64,000 nucleotides of DNA, from NCBI GenBank assembly GCA_964016885.1, contig OZ024741.1, positions 91,884,001 to 91,948,000 on the forward strand, read 5' to 3'. Below the pieces are notes generated by a model. The model was not told the origin of the DNA, ran no database searches, and saw only the letters and a list, made by a program, of their open reading frames with translations. Each line of letters opens with the position of its first letter. Within the stretch, counting starts at the first letter, position 1. Positions 23,633-34,207 of this stretch are shown piece by piece. This DNA is from Eledone cirrhosa. Lineage: Eukaryota. The translations under genes and the position numbers were made by a program.

Positions 23633-26600
23633 TAAGTCAGACATTCGAACACTACATTACAATGAAACTTATGCGTATTCATTTTTGGGGTTTTTCTGCC
23701 TGTGTGTTTGTTTGTTTATTTGTGTTCGTCTACAGCGTGGTGATAATGCCACACAAGAGCCAAGTGGAGCGGCGCAACCACCGGAGACGGTGAATCCACA
23801 GATGGTTATGTAACCATACATTCGCCAATCCTCGATAAGAGTGTTTAAATATCGAACCTAAACAGTTCGAATAACGGTGAAATGGAAACTAGAACGTCAT
23901 GTGACAGACTCTCACCCAACAGGTGCTCCCTGGCTCAGCAGCAGGAACCTGGCTGTCAACCAAATACTGCTGGTATCGGAGGAAGAAGAAGGAAAGGGAC
24001 CAGAACCAACTGGACGAAAGAATTGAATAGAACTGTTATTCAATGTTACCTGAAAAGTAACCCCAAGGAGAGGGGCTATAGGAGACGGATGCATAACATC
24101 TGGAACGAGATTGGTCTATTTAAATTAGATGAACAAAAATTGGCCGGGCAGGCTCGGGTAATAAGAACTAATGGGTGGATAAGCGAGCTGGAACTGGAGG
24201 AACTGAGCAGAGAGATTAGCTTGGAGATGGGGGGTGTAGTATGCCAGGCAAACGAGCCAGTGGGAAATGAAAGTGAGGAGGTCGAGAGAACGGAGGAACC
24301 ACCCGAAGCAGACAATGATCTGAATACTGAGATAAATAATACCTGGAACAGAGATACGGCCATTGAGGAGATGAATGCTGACGGGCTAGGACAAGATTCG
24401 GTTGACATCCTAAATTTAGTGGTAAATGAATTGAACAATGATAGTGGGAGACCTATGAACCTAAGATTTGTAGACAGGAAAAAGTTAAAAGAAACAATAG
24501 CTAAGGTAAACAAAGTCATCCCATACGTTGAGGCGAGGAGCCTTCACCAGTGCAACAATATCCTCAAAGCAACAGCAAATACGGTGAGGAAACTACTTGG
24601 TATAAAAGCGAGAGGAAACAACAGAGAAGAAAGAGCAGAGCCTTGGTGGAAGAAACGACTGAGTGGTCAAATCAGGGAAATGAGAAATGACATTAGAAAG
24701 CTTGAGTCACTACTGAATGGGACACTAAAAAACATAGGCACTAAAAATAGACTGGATATAAAGTACAAAACTAGGAGGAAAAAGCTAAATATTATCATAG
24801 AGGAACTGAAGCAACGCATTGTAGCAAAGAGTGCAAAAATCAGGCGGTACGAGAAGAGAGTCAGTCAGTATAAACAGAACCGCATGTTCGACAACAACCA
24901 GAAGATGCTGTTTGGACAGCTTGAGGGGAAAGAAAGAGGCAACGACTTGATCCCTGGGGCGGAACAAACTAAAACATTCTGGAGAGGAATAAGGGAGCAG
25001 GATGTTAGACATAATGACCAGGCAGGGTGGATTGAGACAGTAAAGAGGGAGATCGGTGAGCATGCACACCAACAAACTGATTTGAGTATCACAGTTGAAA
25101 CTCTTAAGGGGTAGGCCAAAAAACTAACCAACTGGAAATCACCAGGCCTAGATGGTGTGCAGGGGTATTGGATTAAAAATTTAACATCCCTCCACCCGAA
25201 ACTGACAACCATGTTCAATGACTGCTTGATGTCAGGTGAGGTACCAGAGTGGTTGACAAAAGGTACCACAGTTCTGATAATGAAAGACCGAATCAAGGGT
25301 AATGATGTTACCAACTATAGACCTATCACATGTCTGTCCGTAATGTGGAGACTGCTGACGAGCATTGTGTCTGAGGAAATCTACCATCACCTCCACACAA
25401 ACAACTTGTTACCGGACGAACAGAAAGGATGCCGAAAGAAGTCACGTGGTACAAAGGACCAGTTACTTATTGATAAGATGGTAATGGGGAATTGCAGGAG
25501 ACACACTGATCTTGCCATGGCATGGATAGACTACAGAAAGGCATTTGACATGGTGCCTCATTCTTGGATCACCAAAAGCCTGGAGATCTTCAAGGTGGCA
25601 GATAACGTCAGACAGTTGCTGGGCAGGAGTATGAGGTCCTGGGAAACAGAGTTGACATCAACTGGAGAATCCTTGGGAAGCGTGAAGATCAAGAGAGGTA
25701 TCTTCCAGGGAGATAGCCTGTCCCCTCTGTTGTTTGTCCTTGCCCTGATGCCCCTGACCATTATGCTGCGAAAAGTGAGAGCAGGATACAAGTTGGGAAA
25801 GGGAGAGCTTACCATCAATCACGTCCTCTTCATGGACGATCTTAAGCTCTTCGGAAAGAGTGAGAATGAGTTGGATGTGCTTGTTGACACTGTCCGTATT
25901 TTCAGCAGTGATATATGTATGCAGTTTGGTATTAGTAAGTGTGGAGTCCTTGTGATGAGGAAGGGTAGGTTGAGCAGAAGTAACGGAATCCAGATACCAA
26001 CAGGTGACATAATAAAGGAAATTGACTCTGAGGAAGGATACAAGTATTTGGGCGTTCTGGAGGCTGATGGCATAAAGAACAAAAAAATGAAGGAATTGTT
26101 AAGAACTGAATACATTCGGAGAGCAAGGAGCGTATTGAAGTCACATCTGAACAGCAGAAATGCCATAAGCGCAGTAAATTCCCGAGCTGTGTCTATTATT
26201 AGGTACAGTGCCGGAATTCTGAGATGGAATGTTGCTGAACAAAAAGAAATGGATAGGAAGACTAGGAAGCTATTGACTATCTACAACATGTTCCACAAGA
26301 GGAGTGATGTCGATAGACTCTACCTAAGGAGATCTGGGGGTGGAAGATGTCTTATCAGCATAGAGGACTGTGTTCAGATGGAGAAAAACAACCTACACAA
26401 ATACGTGACTGATAGTAAGGAGCCAATGCTCAGAACTGTACTGAAGGAGGGGACAATAGGCCAGGGGATGTCCAAGGAGGAAATAACATCAAGGAGAAAG
26501 AGCAGCCTTCAGGGAAAATCCCTTCATAGTACCTTCTTTGAGAAAACTGAATTTAGAGATCCACAGACATGGAACTGGTTGAGAAGAGGAGACCTCAAAA

Positions 26601-27342
26601 AGGCTACAGAAGGAATGTTAATGGCTGCGCAGGAGCAGGCCCTCAAAACGAAGTGGTTGAATCACCATATTTACAAGGAGGAGGATAGCCCACTGTGCAG
26701 GATCTGTGGAGAGAGAGAGGAGACTGTGGCTCACATTGTATCCGAGTGTAAACACCTAGCCCAGACCCACTATAAGGGCTGGAGACATGATGTGATGGGC
26801 AGGGTGATCCACTGGCACCTGTGCAAAGTAAACAATTTACCACATTCAGAGAAATGGTATGAGCATAAGCCAGAGGCGGTGATGGAGAACGATCAGGTGA
26901 AGGTGCTGTGGGATTTTAGGATACAGACGGACAAGAAACTGGAACACAATAGACCTGACCTGGTGGTTGTGGACAAAGAAAAAAGATCGTGTCTGATTGT
27001 GGATGTGGCCTGTCCATTCGACACGAGAGTGCAAGAGGAGGAGAGGGAGAAAATTAACCGATACCAGGACTTAAAGTGGGAGGTAAAAAGGATTTGGAAC
27101 TGCCATGAAGTCAAAGTGATCCCGATTGTCATAGGCGCACTGGGGACTATCTCCAAAAGTTTCCAGGGATGGTTAAAGAAAATCGGCCCCTTCACGCTTT
27201 TTGGAACGCTTCAAAAGGCATGCTTGCTGGGAACGGCAAGAACCCTCCGATACGTCCTGAATATCTGAGGCTGCAGGTAGTGGTTTGATATTCATTCCAA
27301 CGGACTTTCCAGTTAACTAACATCAATGACTGAGATTCAAGG
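23632..27342 (+). mobile_element. Near full-length R4/Dong-like RLE non-LTR retrotransposon (family 2)
   Basis: Putative 5' UTR of about 250 bp, one long reading frame, 75-bp 3' UTR, and (TAA)n flanks. Confidence 0.94.
23882..27268 (+). pseudogene. Myb-like N-terminus + RT + CCHC + RLE polyprotein with one in-frame TAG
   Basis: RTNWTKELN..CY..S..GYRRRM..W N-terminal motif, plus NYRPITCL, QGDSLSP, FMDD, CRIC..H..C, RHD and NRPD. ORFs 23882-25114 and 25157-27268 are in the same frame, split only by TAG at 25112-25114. Confidence 0.93.
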
Positions 27343-28365
27343 AATAATAATAATAATAAGAAGAAGAAGAAGAAGAATAGGGAAGAAGACGCACGAGGTG
27401 GTAGAAGGTCATGAAATCGCTCCCGTAAGTTTTTTTTTATTTTTAACATATTTAAATCAATTGTGAAATAACAATTCTTAGTACAAATGTTGCATAAACC
27501 ACCGAATGAAGTCCCATAAAATTTCGGATCCATATTATATTGTTATATCAGTCAAATATTCAATTTTGTATTATATATTTTGTATTCAAAAAAAGAAAAT
27601 GGTTATAAATGGAAGAAAACACCCTCTGTCTACACTATATAGAACAGCCAAATAACAGCAATTTCACCAACACCAGAAACTTGATACACCACCTATCCCA
27701 TCACACTAAATATAACAGCCAGATAACGGCAATTTCACCACCACCACCATCAATCCCAGCATCATAATAATAATTACTATTATTATTGTCTCAAATTTTA
27801 ACAAAATGTTTAATTCCAATTTTACGGGAATATGTCAACACAATATATATTAAACACACGAACACAAACTCATAGACACTACATATCACAAAACTCAGTA
27901 ACCACAACGCCACCGCCGCCACCACCCCATCCATCATTGCTACCACTATCCCATCGCCGCCGCCACCACTCCTTTATTGCTACCGCCACTATTCCCCTGT
28001 TAACTTGAGAGAGAAAGGGGAAGGTGGCGGTATCACTAGACAAGGGAGAAGCTAGCAAAAGATATAAATAGATTGACTTAGTGACCTGGCCACCGGCCAA
28101 ACGTCAACATCAACAACTATGGGACTGCTGGCTCACCCCTTCCCCACCAACAATAAAAAGCCCCGGCACCACCACCGACATAGCCAACAACAATAACAGG
28201 CAACTACAGCAAAAAGTATATTATATTATTGTAATGCACTGGGTGATTGCTGGCCTTGTGCCTGGAGTGGAGACAATTATTAATAATTTCATTCTTAAGT
28301 CACGCAATGCTCACATTAAGGAACCACTCATGATAATAACAATTTAAAAAAACAACAAAAAGAAA

Positions 28366-28834
28366 ACCCCGTGACCAAGAAATACCGGGATGGCGGCCGG
28401 CGGGGAATAGCCGTGTCTCTAGGGGAGAACGACCCCTCTAGTTTTGGTTGACACTCGTTCTAGAAGTGGTAACACGAAATGATTACCCCTTGGCGGATAA
28501 GGATAAAAGGCGACAAAATAAAGTAAATGTCTAATGATAAAATCTCATACCGGATCGGCCGTCACCCGGGTAAAAAAGGGCCGCGTCCCTCAGAGAGGAA
28601 CCAGACTGGGGTCGAAAAATCAGCTAATGGTTCAAACCTTCCCATCACTTCGGAGCTGGAGACCTCCCATAACCGGAATACTCCTACTGTTGGCCCTCCA
28701 TGATCACCACCAAGAAATCCAAAGAAAAAGAGAGAAAAATGGTCAAGGGAAGATAATAAAGAATTCCTTGAGGCTTTCTACACTGCCATGTACTACCCAT
28801 CAAATACATCGAATACAGAACAGACATATGCATA
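28366..28834 (+). mobile_element. Orphan 5' end of another R4/Dong-like element
   Basis: A GC-rich leader, then ATG 28527 MSNDKISYRIGRHPGKK..PP*SPPRNPKKKREKWSREDNKEFLEAFYTA..NTEQTY, which resembles the KW-x-x-E-x-N..Y Myb-like start of R4-clade ORFs. Confidence 0.6.
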
Positions 28835-29023
28835 ATTACATACAGAATGATTTAATGTTTATATTCATTGATTATTTTCTCTAGGAACTTGTTGAGTGCT
28901 CTGAATCAGCTATAAACATTTATACCTTTATCTATTTATTTATTTATCATTTGTCGTATTCCCAACTATTTGTTTACGCTTCCACCCTTTTATTTTTATA
29001 TATATATAATATTTATGTATTTT

Positions 29024-29072
<49 letters not shown>

Positions 29073-29081
<9 letters not shown>

Positions 29082-29466
29082 TTAAAAAATAATGAATAAA
29101 ACAATGAAACAGTTCCTTATATTAAACAAAAAAAGTTCATTATTTAACGATCGTTTCTAGGACATATATGTGTTAGAATTGGCATGCATATTCAACAGAT
29201 CTATGTACAAAATTATACAAAATTATACAAACTATCAAATAGAATATACATACCAACACATACATATGCCGTCTTCAGAAATAATTTCTGAAGACGGCAT
29301 ATGTATGTTTGTATAATTTTGTATAATTTTGTACATAGATCTGTTGAATATGCATGCCAATTCTAACACATATATGTCCTAGAAACGATCGTTAAATAAT
29401 GAACTTTTTTTGTTTAATATAAGGAACTGTTTCATTGTTTTATTCATTATTTTTTTAATATTTTAT
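29073..29466. repeat. Long palindrome centred at 29283
   Basis: Arms 29073-29282 and 29284-29466 are near-perfect reverse complements except for about 27 bp missing from the right arm. Confidence 0.95.
29139..29285 (-). ncRNA. Hammerhead motif with a very long stem II (mirror copy on + at 29284-29400)
   Basis: ATTATTT-CTGAAGA-cGGCATATGTATGTGTTGG..CTAACACATATATGTCCta-GAAA-CGATCG-TT-AAATAAT. Confidence 0.72.
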
Positions 29467-29598
29467 CTTGACTCTGTATTTCGTTTTATCTTTCACCGAA
29501 AGTGATTTTTGAATGCATCTCTTCTTTCCATGATATCCGGATTACATTGAGTTCTTCATACGGATTGGACACTACCGTAAACTTTTGGTAGATTTATC

Positions 29599-29639
<41 letters not shown>

Positions 29640-29703
29640 GTAGAGCACTCAGTCCAAAGGACCAGTTAGGTGAAAGTGGTTACACAACAGTTAGTTCACC
29701 ATA

Positions 29704-29743
29704 CCGAGAACAATTGTTTCACCTTCGCGGATCTTCAGCTCGG
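29704..29743 (-). ncRNA. Hammerhead motif in the Penelope terminal repeat
   Basis: CCGAG-CTGAAGA-tCCgcgaaGGt-GAAA-CAATTG-TT-CTCGG. Confidence 0.8.
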
Positions 29744-30426
29744 GATGTGTATGGTTATAGAAACAGGAAGGACAACCGTACGAACGCGCATGTGCAGAAA
29801 CTCGGTCACTTCACACAGGCAATACTAGACTGCGTGCGGGATGTGTAAGGGAGATAACTGCGAAAGTCCGGAAAGTTTTTAGGTTGAAAATAAAATTAAA
29901 AAATTTTTAAATAAAATTACAAAGAATCACTCCGGAGCCTTGTAGTTATGCAATAGATGTTTGGTGACGTGTGGACAACGTGTGAAAAATTCACTTCTCG
30001 TGTTTAGGCAATCACTATTGCGTAACCTCTTTAGGATAAGCCACACGTCGGATTTCCACTTGCGTGTGGCTTGGACTTAGTGATGGCTTTCCATTGAATG
30101 GAGTAGTCTATACTTGAGTCCTTGAGGGACCATACGTGACTCGCGAGTTTCGTGGATGAACGTCTGTCCGGGTATCTGAAGGTAGACTGGTGGTTCAGGA
30201 AACGCTCCTTGAATCGGCCCTCCGCCATGCCCACATAGGATTTGACCTCCTGATTTGACCTCCTGGTGTGGTGTTGCTCCTATGGCTGCTGGTGATGTGG
30301 GCCTTCATGTTCTTAGCGCAGGAGTATCCTAGTTTAACTTTGTGTCGGTTAAAGATGGAGCGGTATTTATGACCTATGGGGAAGTGTCTATCTAAGAGGG
30401 CTAGAAATTGTTTTCCTATATTGGTT

Positions 30427-31260
30427 TTAACGTTGAGTGAGAAGGGAGAACCAGATAGTTTGTCTATTGATGTGCTTACTTTTCTTAATGGTGTTGTTGC
30501 TAGTGGGAGAGTAGGTGAGAGGTTGTGAGAAGCCGCTGTTAGCCAATGCCGTGTTAGAGTAGGGTGCCGCCCTGTCAAAGATAGCCCTATTAGAGGAGAG
30601 GTTTGAGATTCTAGTACTGATATTCTTAACGAAGTTTCTAAAAACAGTGGGAGGGTGGCATGAGTCCTTGTGAATGTAATTAAGTTTCTCGTTTAGCTTA
30701 TGGAAGGGTCTGTGGGTGTGTGTGCGAAGGTCTAAATTAATGTCTAAGAAATCTACGCTAGAGAGGTTGGTGGCTACTGTTATCCTAAGGCCCAACTCAT
30801 TGAAGGTAGAAGCTAAGTCTTTTTTAAACCGGTCGAGTTCGTGACCACTTTTATGGCTCGATAAAGTCAGTCCATCGTCACGGTATATTCCCGTGTGGAA
30901 GTCCGGGAATCTAACACGTAATATGTCTAAGATAAAAAGGCCAACCAAGTCGCATAAGTCAGCACTGTCAAACGATCCCATGGAGACGTCGAACAGGTCT
31001 GAAGATGTAGACTTCTTTGCCCAGGCTACTCCGTCGTTGAAGAGGAGGGTTTTCCGGCAGTGAGCGATGAGTTCCGTGTCTAAACCATCGACAGTGGTAT
31101 AAGTGGTAGCGAAGTCCAACGCTTTGTTTAACAGGGTCTCTGAGATCGACGGGTAAAAATCGACAATGTCAAACTGTGTGAACTTCGCTTTTTTGGATTT
31201 TAAGGAGTTAAACCACTTAATTACGGAGTCGCTGTTTTCCCACTGGGGCAGGTTGGACCA
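30427..31260 (-). pseudogene. Penelope-like reverse transcriptase, 5'-truncated
   Basis: QWENSDSVIKWF, FDIVDFYPSI, VSMGSFDSADLCDLVGLFIL, IYRDDGL, VDFLDINLDL, SCHPP. The first 45 or so aa of the listed ORF are antisense of the other arm. Confidence 0.92.
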
Positions 31261-31263
31261 GTT

Positions 31264-31879
31264 TAGCAACAACACCATTAAAAAAAGTAAGCGCATCAAT
31301 AGACAAACTATCTGGTTCTCTCCTCCCTTCTCACTCAACGTTAAAACCAATGTAGGAAAAACATTTCTAGCCCTCTTAGATAGACACTTCCCCATAGGTC
31401 ATAAATACCGCTCCATCTTTAACCGACACAAAGTTAAACTAGGATACTCCTGCGCTAAGAACATGAAGGCCCACATCACCAGCAGCCCTAGGAGCAACAC
31501 CCCACCAGGTTGCTCTTGCCGTAAGCCTGAAGCTTGCCCCCTTCAACAGCAATGCAACACACCAGCTGTAATCTGTGAAGCTGTGGTCACTTCCAACCGA
31601 CCAAACGAACCACAGGAGGTCAAATCCTATGTGGGCATGGCGGAGGGCCGATTCAAGGAGCGTTTCCTGAACCACCAGTCTACCTTCAGATACCCGGACA
31701 GACGTTCATCCACGAAACTCGCGAGTCACGTATGGTCCCTCAAGGACTCAAGTATAGACTACTCCATTCAATGGAAAGCCATCACTAACTCCAAGCCATA
31801 CGCAAGGGGAAATCCGATGTGTGACTTATGTATTGACGAACGAATAACTATCCTAAAGAGATTACGCAATAGTGATTGA
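31264..31879 (+). pseudogene. Penelope-like linker + GIY-YIG endonuclease
   Basis: IWFSPPFS, CSCRKPEACPL, AVICEA..YVGMAEGRFKERFLNH, CDLCIDER. Confidence 0.9.
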
Positions 31880-32125
31880 CTAAACACGAGAAGTGAATTT
31901 TTCACACGTTCTCCACACATCACCAAAAATCCGTATAACTACAAGGCGCCGGACTGATTCTTTGTAATTTTATTTTTTTATTTTTTTTATATTATTTTCG
32001 GACTTTCGCAGTTATCTCCCTTACACCTCCTGCACGCAGTCTAGTATTGCCTGTGTGAAGTGACCGAGTTTCTGCGCATGCGCGTTCGTACGGTTGTCCT
32101 TCCTGTTCCTATAACCATACACATC

Positions 32126-32165
32126 CCGAGCTGAAGATCCGCAAAGGTGAAACAATTGTTCTCGG
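32126..32165 (+). ncRNA. Hammerhead motif in the Penelope terminal repeat
   Basis: CCGAG-CTGAAGA-tCCgcaaaGGt-GAAA-CAATTG-TT-CTCGG. Stem I can be extended by CCATA/TATGG across a bulge. Confidence 0.8.
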
Positions 32166-32192
32166 TATGGTGAACTAACTGTTGTGTAACCA

Positions 32193-32267
<75 letters not shown>

Positions 32268-32344
32268 ATTTATATATGTATATATATATATGTGTGTATA
32301 TATATATGTATGTGTATGTATATATGTATATATATATATATGCA

Positions 32345-32375
<31 letters not shown>

Positions 32376-32455
32376 GTGTGTGTATATGTGTGTGTGTGTA
32401 TGTATATATTTATATGTATGTATGTGTATGTGTAAATGTGTGTATTGCTTACCAC

Positions 32456-32487
<32 letters not shown>

Positions 32488-32823
32488 GCATGTGTGTGTG
32501 TTTGTGTATTTGTGTGTATGTGTATGTATGGATATGTATGTATATATGAATGTATGTATATATATATATAGTTATATATATATGTATGTGTGTATGTGTA
32601 TATATGTGTGTATGTATATATATATATGTATATATATATATGTGTATATATGTATATGTATATATGTGTGTATGTATATGTGTGTGTGCGTGTCTGTGTG
32701 CATGTGTGTTTATCTACTTTTATATTTATTCTGTTTCCTTTCCTTCTTCCTTTTCCAGCCTCACTTTCATATAGATTATATTTTTGTTTTTAAAATCCAC
32801 TGTCAATAAATACACCAGGATTT

Positions 32824-32884
32824 TTTCATTCTGATGACTGAAAGCAAATTTCATTTGCTTTCAAGAAACCACTGGTAAATGAAA
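32824..32884 (+). ncRNA. Type I hammerhead motif
   Basis: TTTCATT-CTGATGA-cTGAAAGCAAAT ttc ATTTGCTTTCAa-GAAA-CCACTGG-TA-AATGAAA, with a 7-bp stem I and an 11-bp stem II. Confidence 0.85.
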
Positions 32885-33140
32885 TAATTATCTTATGTTG
32901 TTTATTACATAACTATTAAGCTCCGTAACCTACATAGAGCACTCTTTTTTCCTGGACTTTTCCGACGGAATTACTTCATTCACATATATATATATATAAA
33001 AATTTTACATAGATCTATATGATATACATACCAACACACACATATATATCCTAGAAACGATCGTAAAATAATGCATTTTTTAATGTTTCTTTGTTTTTAT
33101 TCATTATTTTTATTAATTTATATATATATACATATATATA

Positions 33141-33204
<64 letters not shown>

Positions 33205-33374
33205 CCTATTCCAACGGCTTAATTTAAATGTTTGGGATTTAAACCTCTCCGACACTAATTTGCATAATAGACCAATAATAAAATTAGTAACCCCACTATC
33301 CGGGAGCTTCCAACAGACATGGTCGCATTCTTTTAAAGGTATGTCAATATTTGTTTATAAACTGATCTATATTA

Positions 33375-33439
33375 TATTTTATCTGATGAAAGCGCACCAT
33401 AATTTGCTTTGGTGTCCTTGAAATATGTATAATGAAATA
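33375..33439 (+). ncRNA. Type I hammerhead motif
   Basis: TATTTTAT-CTGATGA-AAG.GCACC..GGTGT.CTT-GAAA-TATGTA-TA-ATGAAATA. Confidence 0.75.
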
Positions 33440-33732
33440 AATATAGTTTTAGAAATATAGTTTCTATTTCTTAATATATTGTATTTTTACTCCAAAAATT
33501 TGTTGAGTGCTTTATATCAGTTATAAAAATATTTGCTTGTTGTATCCCAACACATTAAATATAACTTCTACATATATATATATATAGTTTTCGGGTTATC
33601 TGAAGATCCTTCGAATGCTGAGTCGGGTTCGATCTGTAACAGATCTTACCTGGAGTTGATCGACGTAGAAACATATGTAATATGTTATTTAATGTGTTTT
33701 GATGCAACACTGATTCCTCGTTGTTTATCATA

Positions 33733-33771
<39 letters not shown>

Positions 33772-34155
33772 TATAAACTGGTCAGTAATGTAAATCTGCT
33801 CTCACCCAAAGTGTATAGTACTTGACTGTAAAGAAGTTGATGAATGCTCCAGAAATACTATGTTGAGATTACATTTGCCGGTGCAGCTTTACCTTAAATG
33901 AGAAAAAATAGATTGCGAGTTACAAAGAACACCGATTACTAGATAGTTTTCTATTTCAATATTAAACACTAGAATATATTGGCTGCAAATGATTTTCTCC
34001 ATTTCACTGCATTGTAAATATATATATATGTATATATATAGGTGAGTGTGTGTGTGTGAGTAGTGCATATGTATGTGTGTGTTAGTGTTTGTGTATATAT
34101 ATATATGTGTGTATGTGTATGTGTGTGCGTATGTGTGTGTGTGTATTTGTGTCTC

Positions 34156-34207
<52 letters not shown>

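Larger units (their letters stand above)
29637..32197. mobile_element. Penelope-like retroelement with an inverted duplication (arms 29673-30502 and 31264-32196)
   Basis: RT and a deleted EN on the minus strand, EN plus tail on the plus strand, a hammerhead at each end, and (TA)n flanks. Confidence 0.93.

Noticed and set aside
25112-25114. Stop-codon readthrough or selenocysteine recoding
   Set aside because: The codon is TAG at a non-Cys position and is best explained as a point mutation. No SECIS-like evidence was seen.
22378-27533. Minus-strand ORFs overlapping the RLE elements
   Set aside because: Antisense shadows of the retrotransposon coding strand.
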